NCBI GenBank assembly: GCA_950097015.1
Contig: CATNEN010000024.1
Location: 5,084,001-5,148,000, forward strand
Source of the DNA: Macrostomum hystrix
Taxonomy: Eukaryota > Animalia > Platyhelminthes
Direction of reading: 5' to 3'
DNA length: 64,000 nucleotides
Part shown: positions 12,801 through 24,419 of the stretch, piece after piece
Position numbering within the stretch: position 1 is the first letter of the stretch
Layout of the letters: the number at the start of each line of letters is the position of its first letter
Made by a program: the position numbers and the translations under genes
Notes under the pieces: generated by a model
Told to the model about the DNA's origin: nothing
Seen by the model: only the letters and a program-made list of their open reading frames with translations
Database searches by the model: none

Positions 12801-15800
12801 AACTAGTCATACAATCATATAACTGGTCATGCAATCATATAACTGGTCATACAATCATATAACTAGTCATGCAATCATATAACTAGTCATACAATCATAT
12901 AACTGGTCATGCAATCATATAACTGGTCATGCAATCATATAACTAGTCATACAATCATATAACTGGTCATGCAATCATATAACTAGTCATACAATCATAT
13001 CACTGGTCATGCAAACATATAACTGGTCATGCAATCATATAACATCCTATATCAATTTTACTTTCAGGAAACTCCTCCACTGAGATTGAAGACCGACTGC
13101 TCGGCGCCGGCGCTGACCCCACCCTGCTAGACTGCCGCAATCGATCGGCTCTGCATTACGCCTTCGTAAAGATTGGTAACCATGGCTGCGACACCCACAT
13201 TGATCCCATACAGGTGGTATCCACCCTATGCGCCGATACCAATGTGGCAATGCTGGATCGGCCGGACAGGTGGGGCGCCACGCCTATGCACTATGCCGCT
13301 TCGCGCGGTGCCGCCGTGTCCATTGTTTTCATGAACGAGGTGAGAACTCTGATTCGCCTCACAACTATTTAGATAATCCCATCTAGCCTGTCATTTAAAT
13401 AATCCCATCTAGCCTCTCATTTGGATAATTCCATCTAGCCAGTTATTTGGATAATCCCATCTAGCCTGTTATTTGGATAATCCCATCTAGCCTGTTATTT
13501 GGATAATCCCATCTAGCCAGTTATTTGGATAATGCCATCTAGCCTCTCATTTGGATAATGCCATCTAGCCTCTCATTTGGATAATGCCATCTAGCCAGTT
13601 ATTTGGATAATCCTATCTAGCCTGTTATTTGGATAATCCCATCTAGCCTGTTATTTGGATAATCCCATCTAGCCTGATATTTGGATAATCTCATCTAGCC
13701 TGTTATTTGGATAATCCCATCTAGCCAGTTATTTGGATAATCCCATCTAGCCTCTCATTTGGATAATCCCATCTAGCCTCTCTTTTGGATAATCCTATCT
13801 AGCCTCTCAATCGGATAATCCCATCTAGCCTCTCATTTGGATATTTAGACGTGTCGGTTTATCTCGTTAGTATGGGTAAATATTTTTACAGTTCAGTAAT
13901 CTAATCTGCTATTATATAGAAGCTATGATGTCAAAGGCCATTTTAAAGAAAATTATAGGGCTGCATTAAATTTTTCGCCATTTCACAGCTGGGCATCAAG
14001 ACTGACACAGCCAGAGAGGATGGCAACACACCGCTGACGTTGGCAGCTCTCTCTGGCCATCAAAAGTAAGTCATAAATAAAAGCCTCTGCATAAGAATCA
14101 TAATGAATTGGCAAACCTTGTTTCCGTACCCCCGGATTCCAGCGCCATGATCAGCCTGCTGCAGCTCGGCAGCCGCCTGACTGTGCCCGTGTCGTCGAAG
14201 CCTCGTCAGCCGCCGTCCTCTGATTTCCAATGGCTGCCAGCCAAGCTGGCCTCGCAGGCTGAAGCTGCTCAACTGTCACAATGGCCACTGTTGGAATTCG
14301 CTCTGAAGAAGAACTGGGAAGGCATCGCCTACATCATTGTGGACAAGCTGCTGCAGACAGAGTCATTCTTTTCTATACTGGCTGTGAGCTTCTTTGTTTG
14401 AACTCAGAAATTACCTATTGAGACTGGAAAACCCATAAGAACACATTTTGGTAGGCAAAAAGTCATAATAGGAATTTGATAAGTTAAATCCATGCTAAGG
14501 AATCCCTATGGGAAATCTCGTCTTAAAATCTCCCAAAGGGTAAATCCTGACTTTAAAATTCTGTTCGGTAAATCCAGACTAGGGAATACCTTAAGCAAGT
14601 CCAGACAAGAAAACGCTTGTACCCTGGAAGAGAAGTTCTCCAGGCAGGGAGAACCCCTAAGATATATCCAGGTGAGAATCCATGTGAGAAAGCCAAAATA
14701 AAAAAAATCTAGAAAGGAATATCGCTGAGGGAAATCCAGTAAGGAATATCGCTGACGGATTTCCGGGAACAAATATCCTTAAGGGAAATACAATAAGGAA
14801 TATCCAGAGAGAAATCCAGTAAGGAAAATCCCTGAGGGAAATCCAGTAAGGAATATCCCTGACCCAAATCCAGTAAGGAATATCCCTGAGGGAAATCCAG
14901 AATTAAAGGAATATCCCTGACGCAAATCCAGTAAGGAATATCGCTGAGGAAAATCCAGAAAGGAATATCCCTGATGGAAATCTAGTAAGGATTATTGCTG
15001 ACGGAAATCTAGAAAGGAATATCCTGAGAGAAATCCAGTAAGGAATATCCCTGAGGGAAATCCAGTGAGGAAAATCTCTGATGGAAATCCAGTAACGAAT
15101 ATCCCTGACGCAAATCCAGTAACGAATATCCCTGACGCAAATCCAGTAACGAATATCCCTGACGCAAATCCAGTAAGGAATATCGCTGACGGAAATCCAG
15201 AAAGGAATATCCCTGACGGAAATCCAGTCAGGAATATCCCTGACGGAAATCCAGTAGGGAAAATCTCTGATGGAAATCCAGTTACGAAGATCCCTGACGC
15301 AAATCCAGTAAGGAATATCGCTGAGGGAAATCCAGAAAGGAATATCCCTGACGGAAATCCAGTAGGGAATATCCCTGAGGGATTTCCAGGAACAAATATT
15401 CCCCAAGCGAAATCCAAATTCTAAGACCAGCACACAACAGTAAAGAACAAACAAATCATCCCGCAGTGCTGCATCCGCTCCTTCAAGTACCATTTCGTAT
15501 TCGCTCTGATGCGCCGGCATCCGACTAAATCAGTGCTAGATCCGCAGCACAGCTGCAATCTAATGCACGTGCTGGCCAAATCTGGCGAGACTGACAACAG
15601 TTTTGATTTGCAGTTCAAGGTTAGCTAGCTGCCTTTGTTTATTTTATACTATGATATTCTACGTAGAAATGTACCTTTTCAATAACAAAGTTTCACCTTT
15701 GTTACTTATTCTTCCGAATCGCAGCTGCTGTCTCTGCTGTCAGAGAAAGGAGTCTCTGCCACCACAAAGGACTCACAGGGCGGCCTGCCAATCACTTACG

Positions 15801-18800
15801 CCTGCCTGAGAGGTCACTACAGTCTGGCCCAGGAGCTTCTAAGACTGAAGCTCTGCCAGTCCTCTGTCATTGACGGCATGGGTCGCAATGTGCTTTCAGC
15901 CACGTTCTGGTCCTATCCTGCCTACTCGGACAGACTCAAGTGAGATATGATGCCTGTCAGAGTACTGGATGAGATGCCTGTCAGAGTACAGGATGAGATG
16001 CCTGTCAGACTACAGGATGAGATGCCTGTCAGAGTACTGGATGAGATGCCTGTCAGAGTACTGGATGAGATGCCTGTCAGAGTACTGGATGAGATGCCTG
16101 TCAGAGTACTGGATGATTTGCCTGTCAGAGTACAGGATGAGATGCCTGTCAGAGTACAGGATGAGATGCCTGTCAGAGTACAGGATGAGATGTCTGTCAG
16201 AGTACAGGATGAGATGCCTGTCAGAGTACTGGATGAGATGCCTGTCAGAGTACAGGATGAGATGCCTGTCAGGGTACAGGATGAGATGCCTGTCAGAGTA
16301 CAGGATGAGATGCCTGTCAGAGTACAGGATGAGATGCCTGTCAGACTACAGGATGAGATGCCTGTCAGAGTACTGGATGAGATGCCTGTCAGAGTACTGG
16401 ATGAGATGCCTGTCAGATTACTGGATGAGATGCCTGTCAGACTACAGGATGAGATGCCTGTCAGAGTACTGGATGAGATGCCTGTCAGAGTACAGGATGA
16501 GATGCCTGTCAGACTACAGGATGAGATGCCTGTCAGAGTACTGGATGAGATGCCTGTCAGAGTACTGGATGAGATGCCTGTCAGAGTACTGGATGAGATG
16601 CCTGTCAGAGTACTGGATGATTTGCCTGTCAGAGTACAGGATGAGATGCCTGTCAGAGTACAGGATGAGATGTCTGTCAGAGTACAGGATGAGATGCCTG
16701 TCAGAGTACAGGATGAGATGTCTGTCAGAGTAGAGGATGAGATGCCTGTCAGAGTACTGGATGAGATGCCTGTCAGAGTACTGGATGATTTGCCTGTCAG
16801 AGTACAGGATGAGATGCCTGTCAGAGTACAGGATGAGATGCCTGTCAGAGTACAGGATGAGATGCCTGTCAGAGTACAGGATGAGATGTCTGTCAGAGTA
16901 CAGGATGAGATGTCTGTCAGAGTACAGGATGAGATGTCTGTCAGAGTACAGGATGAGATGTCTGTCAGAGTACAGGATGAGATGCCTGTCAGAGTACTGG
17001 ATGAGATGCCTGTCAGAGTACTGGATGAGATGCCTGTCAGGGTACAGGATGAGATTTCTGTCAGAGTACAGGATGAGATGTCTGTCAGAGTACTGGATGA
17101 GATGCCTGTCAGGGTACTGGATGAGATGCCTGTCAGGGTACTGGATGAGATGCCTGTCAGAGTACAGGATGAGATGCCTGTCAGAGTACAGGATGAGATG
17201 CCTGTCAGAGTACAGGATGAGATTTCTGTCAGAGTACAGGATGAGATGTCTGTCAGAGTACTGGATGAGATGCCTGTCAGGGTACTGGATGAGATGCCTG
17301 TCAGGGTACTGGATGAGATGCCTGTCAGAGTACAGGATGAGATTTCTGTCAGAGTACAGGATGAGATGTCTGTCAGAGTACTGGATGAGATGCCTGTCAG
17401 AGTACTGGATGAGATGCCTGTCAGAGTACTGGATGAGATGCCTGTCAGAGTACAGGATGAGATGCCTGTCAGAGTACAGGATGAGATGCCTGTCAGGGTA
17501 CTGGATGAGATGCCTGTCAGGGTACTGGATGAGATGCCTGTCAGAGTACAGGATGAGATGCCTGTCAGAGTACAGGATGAGATGCCTGTCAGGGTACTGG
17601 ATGAGATGCCCGTCAGTATACTGGATCTACCACTGAGCTTACACACCCATCGTCTCTCGCAGCGTGTGGCTGGCCAGCCTCAGCTCCTACAGCTGGGTGA
17701 ACCTGAACGCTCAGATCGAGCTACCAGTGTACACCGAACTCTGGCACATCGTGGCCGACCTGCCGCCCATAGACTACTTCGATCGGGGCGCCGAATCCCC
17801 CGACATCAAAGTCCGCTCGGTGACGCCGCTGTTCACGGCCATCTATCGGCACGACTTCCGCCTAGCCAAAGCTATGCTGCGACAATTCCGCGTCGACGTC
17901 AACGCTAAGACCTCGGTTGGCGGCCGGACGCCGCTGATGGAATGCGCCAGATTCAACGACGAAGATCTTGTCCGCCTGATGCTTGACCACGACTATCAGC
18001 CAAAGTCTGCGTTGTTGGACGAAGAAAAGGAGAGGCGCAAGCGTCTGCAGCGTCAGCAACTGCCATCGGCTTTCGGCCTGCCAATTCAACTGGCCGACGA
18101 TGCCGCCTCAGCTGAGATTGGCGATGACGATATGGGCGATGGCGGCGACACCGACTCTGTTGAAAGTGCTTTCAATGACGGCAGCGAATCTGGCGATCCG
18201 GAATTCCGGCCGGATGTCAGCTTCTCAGAGCAGGTGCCAGCGGGTTGTGGATTCTGGATAGCCGACCTCCCCTAGCAACCGGCCTCCCCTAGCAACCGAC
18301 ATCCCCCAGTAACCGACCTACCCCAGAAACCGACCTCCCCTAGCAACCGACATCCCCCTGTAACTGACCTCTTCATGATTCTAAGGATCGCAATCCTCCA
18401 ACCTCTCGCCCTCAGATTCGCGGTGTGCGCTCCATCTCGCCGTCGAAGAAGCCTGGCGCTTTAAGTTCAGAATCGAATAAAAAGGCCAAGCCGAAGAAGC
18501 CGCGCCTTCGTCGCCAGCGCACCACCCTGCGTGAGCAGTGCTCATTCGCGTGCGACTACACACCCCAGGCCAAGACTAGTCCGGCCAATCTGCGCCTGCC
18601 GGACGCGGCTGGTCGCGGCCTACTAGACTACGTCATCGATCCCTGGCCTGGCGTTGCTCACGACAACTGGCGCATCTTCCTCCTACTGGTGGACGCCGGC
18701 TGTACTATTCATCCAACCTTCGACGGCTTGCTCCGTTTAGCTCTAGACAAATCGGCCTCCCGAATTGCTCGATTGCTACAGTTGAAGAGGCGCATTCCAT

Positions 18801-21800
18801 TCTCTGATTGGCGCTACCCTCTGATTGGCGCCGCCCAGGCCGCGCCGTGCCGACATCCGGCTAGGCCGCTGCCGCCAGATTGGGACGCAACAGCCGACGC
18901 CGCAGCCGAGCGAGCCGTCCTAGCTAAACAGGTCGGCGACGCTGACGCTTCAACCTCTGGCGCAGCCGGCGTCAGTCAACGTCGCGAGGATCGATACAAG
19001 CCGAAGCCGGACAAGCGCTGCCGAGTGGCCAAAGTGGAGCTGCTTTGGGACGAGAGATTCGCTCCGGCCAAGCCGTTTTCAGCCCTGCTTAGCCGCATCG
19101 ATGTGGGCTGCTCTGCCTCCGGACTGTACAACTTCTACAAGCTGCAGGTGGGTCTGCGCGTCTGGCTTTGCTTTGCAGCCTACGCTAAATTGAGTTTGCT
19201 GTTTCCTAAGGAGAGTGGCCTGTGCTTTTTGACCGGCCATCACACTCTTAACTCTATTTAGTTCATTTAGTTCATTTAGTTCATTTAGTTCATTTAGTTC
19301 ATTTAGTTCTGTTTAGTTTAGCTCTCACCCTGCCCCTCTCATCCTGCCCCTCTCATCCTGCCCCTCTCACCCTGCCCTCTCACCCTGCCCTCTCACCCTG
19401 CCCCTCTCACCCTGCCCCTCTCACCCTGCCCCTCTCACCCTGCCCCTCTCACCCTGCCCCTTTCTCATCCTGCCCCTCTCACCCTGCCCCTCTCACCCTG
19501 GCCCTTTCTCAGCCTGCCCCTGTCACCCTCCCCCTCTCACCCTGCCCCTCTCACTCTACCCCTGTCTCACTCTTCTAATCTCCCACACTGCCCCTCTTTC
19601 TCTTAATTTATCACTCTCAGCTTATCACTCTCAGCTTATCACTCTCAGCTTATCACTCTCAGCTTATCGCTCTCAGCTTATCACTCTCAGCTTATCACTC
19701 TCAGCTTATCACTCTCAGCTTATCACTCTTTCTCTCGCCCTTGCCTATCTTTCGCGCCGTCTCTGCTTTTCTATTTCGTTCATGACACCCCGTGCACCTC
19801 TCACCTCCTATCTCCTTTCAACAGCTGCTTCGCCAGCGCGGACGCAATTTCTACCTGTTATTCACCTGCTGGGGCCGCATAGGCGACGCCGGGCAGTACC
19901 AGACAACACCGTTTTCCGATCGGGCCGAAGCTGTTAAAGAGTTCGAAAAGGTTTTCCGATCTAAAACTGGCAACAAGTGGACAGATCTGGACAAATTCGA
20001 AGCCAGACAGCGCAAATACAGTCTGGTACAGCTGGACAGCATGAGGCTGCAGCCGCGACTGCACAGCCTGCCTGTCAGCTTGGAGACCCGACTAACGCCG
20101 GAGATGCCCAACCAACTGGCCGACCTCATGCGCGATTTGGTGCGCTTGCTAAGCCATCTCTTCGTCATCTACCTCTGCCAGCCCCGTTGTACCCTCCCCT
20201 GTACCTCTGCCAGCCCCGTTGTACCCTCCCCTGTACCTCTGCCAGCCCCGTTGTACCCTCCCCTGTACCACTGCCAGCCCCGTTGTACCCTCCCCTGTAC
20301 CACTGCCAGCCCCGTTGTACCCTCCCCTGTACCTCTGCCAGCCCCGTTGTACTCTCCCCTGTACCTCTGCCAGCCCCGTTGTACCTCCCCTGTACCACTG
20401 CCAGCCCCGTTGTACCCTCCCCTGTACCTCTACCAGCCCCGTTGTACCCTCCCCTGTACCACTGCCAGCCCCGTTGTACTCTCCCCTGTACCTCTGCCAG
20501 CCCCGTTGTACCCTCCCCTGTACCTCTGCCTGCCCCGTTGTACCCTCCCCTGTACCACTGCCAGCCCCGTCGTACTCTCCCCTGTACCTCTGCCAGCCCC
20601 GTTGTACCCTCCCCTGTACCTCTTCGCTCTCTCCCCATCAGTTTTCTACCTAAAAAGGGCTTCCTAATGTTACACTATATGTACAAAATGAAACTTGCTG
20701 CCATCAAAGACGGCCTGGTATTATTTTAAAAATGAGACCCAGCTCACGCACAACAATTTGCCATCCCTGCAGATGAATCCCAAGATGCTAATCCGCAGCT
20801 TCGCTCTCTGTTCAGGCGAAGAGGGTCGCCTAGCGTTTGGCCGAGTACCGCAGGAGTCACTGGTCAAAGCGGCTAGCCTGTTGCAGGAGATTTAGTGAGT
20901 AAAAATAGAGAACTAATTAAACAATTCGTTGTGTTTTGTATTCCTATAGTTTAATAATTAAACATTCTATTTTAACTTTCAGCGTTCTTTCAACTGACAT
21001 AAGAAAGCAGCTGAAAAAACCTAAAGAGGTTGATGTCAACGAGTGCACCGAGAAGTCTAGAAAGGTTTGTCATTGGGTGTAATGCATGGGGGTTAAAACT
21101 GTGGTTTGGGGGAGGGTCACAGTTGTGGTGTAGGGAGGGTCACAGTTGTGGTGTAGGGAGGGTCACAGTTGTGGTGTAGGGAGGGTCACAGTTGTGGTGT
21201 AGGGAGGGTCACAGTTGTGGTGTAGGGAGGGTCACAGTTGTGGTGTAGGGAGGGTCACAGTTGTGGTGTAGGGAGGGTCACAGTTGTGGTGAAGGGAGGG
21301 TTATAATCTTGTGTAAGGAGGGTTACAAATGTGGTGCAGGGAGCCTTATAGCTGTGGTGCAGGGAGCCTTATAGCTGTGGTGCAGGGAGCCTTATAGCTG
21401 TGGTGCAGGGAGCCTTATAGCTGTGGTGCAGGGAGCCTTATAGCTGTGGTGCAGGGAGCCTTATAGCTGTGGTGTAGGGAGCCTTATAGCTGTGGTGTAG
21501 GGAGTGTTACATTTCCAATGCATAACTACGTCGACCGTCTGTCCGCAGCTGGCCGAGCTGACCAACAAATACTACCAGTTGGTGCCGCAGACCGGCTTCG
21601 AATTCGAAGCAATCGAGCCACTCCTGGCCCCTAATCAGCTTGACGCCCAGCTGGCATTTATCACTAATCTGGCTGAGCTGCAAACTGCCTGCCAGCTGCT
21701 GCTAGCTGCCGCTCACAGACGCCACTCGGTGCACCCGTTCGACTATGCCTACAGAGCTGCCGGCTGCGATATTAGCCCATTGGGAGAGGCCGACTGTATG

Positions 21801-23549
21801 GCGCAGGTTATCCTCAGGTAAGCGTTTTTCAAAACGGCCCTTTTAGGGGCTGGGCAAAACAAATCGGCATAGCAGATTTTCGGGGGTTGTTTGGCACGGC
21901 GGTCTAACGCGTTTGCCTCTCGCACCAAGGTCCCTGAGCTCGATTTCACGACAGATGTACACACCTGTGTGAGCGTGTGCCTTCGTACGGTATCTGTGTG
22001 CAGCAGAATTGCCTCCTCGCTGGCTGCGGGTCTAGTGTCACCAAATGATGTGACATTGCCCGCAGCCCTTCCGAAATTATTAGTTCTATCTATTGATCTC
22101 TCTATCGATCTACTAACTGCAGGTACATGAGCACCATGCCAGGCACTCGCGTCACCGGTATCTACGAGCTCTGCCGGCACGCCGATCTGGACGCCGCCGC
22201 CGCAGCCTCGGCCGCCGCTTCCGCCACCGCAGCGTCGACCTCCGCTATTCCGTTTGGCCAACGCAAACTGCTCTGGCACGGCACCTCTGTTGGCAATGCC
22301 CTGTCCATTCTGCATCACGGCCTTCTGCTGGCTCCGCCCTCGGTGTCCCGCGTCGGTCGCGCCTTCGGCCGCGGCGTCTACTTCGCCGATGTGTTCGCCA
22401 AGAGCGCCGCCTACTGTCGCAATGAGGCCGGCGTCGGGGCCGGAAGGCAGTGCCTTTTCGCCTTTCTGGCCGAGGTGGACCTCACTGACTGCCAGGTAAG
22501 CTGTTGCGTGCATCTCTATAAGTAACCTAAGTACTTCATTTCAGGAGTTGAAAACGGCCCTTTTTAGGGTAACAGATAAATGCTTATCAGCCTTACCCTA
22601 GGCTGTATATGCCGTAACCAGATATTACACTTCCCGGTAATACCATTGGGTTTAACAGTAGACAGAACACAGAGGGTATTTCAAATGCCCTCAAAAATGC
22701 AGAAATGCTTTTCCTTTTTTAAACCGATATGGACTCACCACAGAAGTTTATACAGAGCAATGTTACTTATTTCTGTCACCAGGGGTCTTCGGCAAGAATC
22801 GCTGAATATATCGATGTTGACTCGGACGGCTTTGAAAATTTGTAAAAAGCGGAAAATTTTGGAAAATTTTAAATACTTTAACGAAATACCAGGACGAAAT
22901 AGCTTGGTCGGTTAAGTGTTACAACACTGGCTTTTAATGCATCTGTCTCCTCATGAGTTCAACCTTCATTTAACCTAACAAATCATTACTCTGTTTCACC
23001 CTGTGCAAATCTGATAAAAATTCTCTCCCCTTTCCACAGGTGGAATGGCGCGGCACACTTCAAAAGGCCGACCAATCAGACGGAACCTTTCAAGACAGCG
23101 ACAATGACGACGAAGACGATGACGCCGAAGACAACGACAATGCCGGCCGTTCATCGGGCGCAGCCGACAATGATCCGCCGCCTGTACGTCACGTGATGGG
23201 CGCCAAAGTGCCCTCACCAACTGGCGACCTCCTGCTTCAGAGACTCGGCGGCGCTGTCGCTCCGCTGGGGGCGCTGACGCTGCCGAAGCCGCCGCCTGGC
23301 AAATTACTGCGCTACACCCACCTGCTGCTGCCCCACTCCGAGTACATTGTTAGCGATGAGTCGCGAGTTCGAATCCGCTACCTGGTCCGCTTCCGACTTG
23401 GCGGCCAACCCGACGGCGATGAAGACAATGCCGACGCCGCTGCTTCTGATGATGATGCTGATGACAGTCTGGAAGCGGGTGAACGCGATGCCGAAGACGT
23501 CGACGATGTAGCCGATCCTGATGACGGCGAGAGCGAAGACAGTGACTAA
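896..23549 (+). CDS. Poly(ADP-ribose) polymerase with long ankyrin-repeat region, WGR, PARP-regulatory and catalytic domains (PME-5 / tankyrase-like type), 26 exons, ~2714 aa
   Basis: Phase-consistent GT-AG exons: 896-1106, 1653-1807, 2678-3402, 4220-4337, 4463-4861, 6219-6434, 6519-7125, 7689-7873, 8187-8603, 8952-9242, ~9840-9971 (acceptor uncertain), 10068-10170, 10605-11258, 13068-13339, 13989-14065, 14143-14383, 15467-15619, 15725-15939, 17663-18233, 18416-19147, 19825-20139, 20773-20894, 20983-21064, 21549-21817, 22123-22495, 23040-23549; total 8145 nt, divisible by 3. Ankyrin motifs (TPLHCAAINPN, TPLHLAASGGH, SLLHYAAAYGW, ALHYAFVKIG); WGR (LFTCWGRIG...FEKVFRSKTGNKW); PARP-reg (LAELTNKYYQLVP); catalytic (LLWHGT, GRGVYFAD, HSEYIV). 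Confidence 0.92.
1327..1607 (+). mobile_element. tRNA-derived SINE, family A, copy 1 (PARP intron 1)
   Basis: tRNA-like head (gtagcttagtg...ggtttgattccc), central tgcattgcttcagttcgcccaac..aaatgggtacc, (tat)n tail; homologous to 10203-10510. Confidence 0.8.
1884..2630. repeat. 20-bp minisatellite (ctgaggagtcatttctaaaa)
   Basis: Direct tandem copies in PARP intron 2. Confidence 0.95.
3435..4130. repeat. 31-bp minisatellite (ggctcactgaatcatcaggtgtgtcaatttt)
   Basis: Homogeneous core, degenerate 3' end; intron 3. Confidence 0.95.
4930..5972. repeat. 40-bp minisatellite (4930-5712) followed by a related 20-bp array (agctcatattgagaggtcat, 5725-5972)
   Basis: Tandem copies in intron 5. Confidence 0.95.
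7222..7580. repeat. 20/40-bp minisatellite (tggttatcctgaa core)
   Basis: Tandem copies in intron 7. Confidence 0.9.
7975..8168. repeat. 23-bp minisatellite (gatcctgacccaagcattagtca)
   Basis: Tandem copies in intron 8. Confidence 0.9.
8635..8897. repeat. 20-bp minisatellite (tgacagtctggtgccattct)
   Basis: Tandem copies in intron 9. Confidence 0.93.
9345..9745. repeat. 35-bp G-rich minisatellite (gatggatagaccaggtggtgattggggtgggtgct)
   Basis: Tandem copies in intron 10. Confidence 0.93.
10203..10510 (+). mobile_element. tRNA-derived SINE, family A, copy 2 (PARP intron 12)
   Basis: A box gtagccttgtgg, B box ggttcgattcc, CORE/Meta-like ttagcaagacacttaac..cagttcacccagctgttaaatgggtacc, AT tail. 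Confidence 0.85.
11432..13043. repeat. 20-bp minisatellite (aactggtcatgcaatcatat), ~80 units
   Basis: Tandem copies in intron 13. Confidence 0.97.
13372..13845. repeat. 26-bp minisatellite (ggataatcccatctagcctgttattt)
   Basis: Tandem copies in intron 14. Confidence 0.93.
14705..15390. repeat. 27-bp minisatellite (aaatccagtaaggaatatccctgacgg)
   Basis: Tandem copies in intron 16. Confidence 0.92.
15948..17630. repeat. 24-bp minisatellite (gatgagatgcctgtcagagtacag), ~70 units
   Basis: Fills intron 18, starting just after the donor. Confidence 0.97.
18262..18372. repeat. ~17-bp short array (ccgacctcccctagcaa)
   Basis: About 6 units in intron 19. Confidence 0.8.
19255..19730. repeat. Three adjacent arrays: 9-bp (atttagttc), 14-bp (tctcaccctgcccc), 14-bp (tcactctcagctta)
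   Basis: Tandem copies in intron 20. Confidence 0.9.
20168..20622. repeat. 32-bp minisatellite (ccccgttgtaccctcccctgtacctctgccag)
   Basis: Tandem copies in intron 21. Confidence 0.93.
21108..21503. repeat. 23-bp minisatellite with two sequential variants
   Basis: gtggtgtagggagggtcacagtt followed by gtggtgcagggagccttatagct; intron 23. Confidence 0.93.
21890..22080 (+). mobile_element. tRNA-derived SINE, family B, copy 1 (PARP intron 24)
   Basis: ggcacggcggtctaacgcgtttgcctc..gagctcgatt head; shares cagatgtacacacctgtgtgagcgt and gcagaattgcctcctcgctggctgc with 35690-36035. Confidence 0.72.
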
Positions 23550-23617
23550 CTGGCTTTTTTAATCTATTCATACTCGTATCTAGACTTGGATTTACATGAA
23601 AATGCTAGCCAATAGTT

Positions 23618-23623
23618 AAATAA
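23618..23623 (+). terminator. Candidate poly(A) signal of the PARP gene
   Basis: AATAAA about 70 nt after the TAA stop. Confidence 0.5.
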
Positions 23624-24419
23624 AAATGTAGTTTTCTCTCATCCTTATCTTGTTCTATTTATAATCTGGGCGAAACTATTTCGCTGATTTATTCTGAATT
23701 TACCAACATCATATCAAATCTGTTATTATTCATTTCTAAACTGTTTGTCTTTGCCTTAACAATCTGAATTAATTGTGTAACTTGTAGTAAGAGTAACATG
23801 TTTTCTAGGAAAATGTTTTCACTACAAATAATTTTTCTATTCACGAAGATGCGGCCCCTGCTACTATCCATAGTAGTATAGCACCCAACTTAAACTACTT
23901 TTATTGTTTATTGATTTACATTTTTTACTCCAACTTTTTCCTCTATTTAATCGCGCGCTATGCTACTTGTACTCACTAATAAGTAGTAATTTATTTGACC
24001 CTCGTTTTTCATATTTTAATAGATGTTAGGAACCAATGACATTCCCTGAAGTGTCACTGCTTAAAATTGATTTCATTTTCATTATTTGGCTTTCTAAATA
24101 TATAAATTCTTTTATTTCGATCAGTGCCTCAATCGTGAATGCTGTTTGACAATACTGTTCACTTTTCTAATTAATTTATATTTAGCTTATTGCACTACAG
24201 TTTTAGCCTTGCTGCATCACAATTTTGACATTGCTTTATGCACCTGATTTCATTTTGTTTTTTTTTTGTTTTCAAAATATAGATTTTCACAGGCGTGTCG
24301 CCGTGCCCTTGACCTTTGTTTACCTTTTTATCCTTAATTGCTAGCTGCTGTTCTTTGTTGTCTGTGTTTTCTTCTCTTATCCGTTTTATAGTGACTATAT
24401 TGTTTACTCATTTTTCATT

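Noticed and set aside
15922-17908. Four overlapping 250-650-aa repeat ORFs
   Set aside because: They lie inside PARP intron 18 between clean splice sites (15940 gt, 17662 ag).
22540-22980. Mobile element in PARP intron 25 (shares aaaacggcccttttaggg with the start of intron 24)
   Set aside because: Only an ~18-bp match, with no clear terminal repeats or second full copy.
896-23549. Calling the PARP TNKS or TASOR
   Set aside because: No SAM domain was seen and WGR plus regulatory domains are present (not TNKS); the catalytic H-Y-E is intact (not the TASOR pseudo-PARP).
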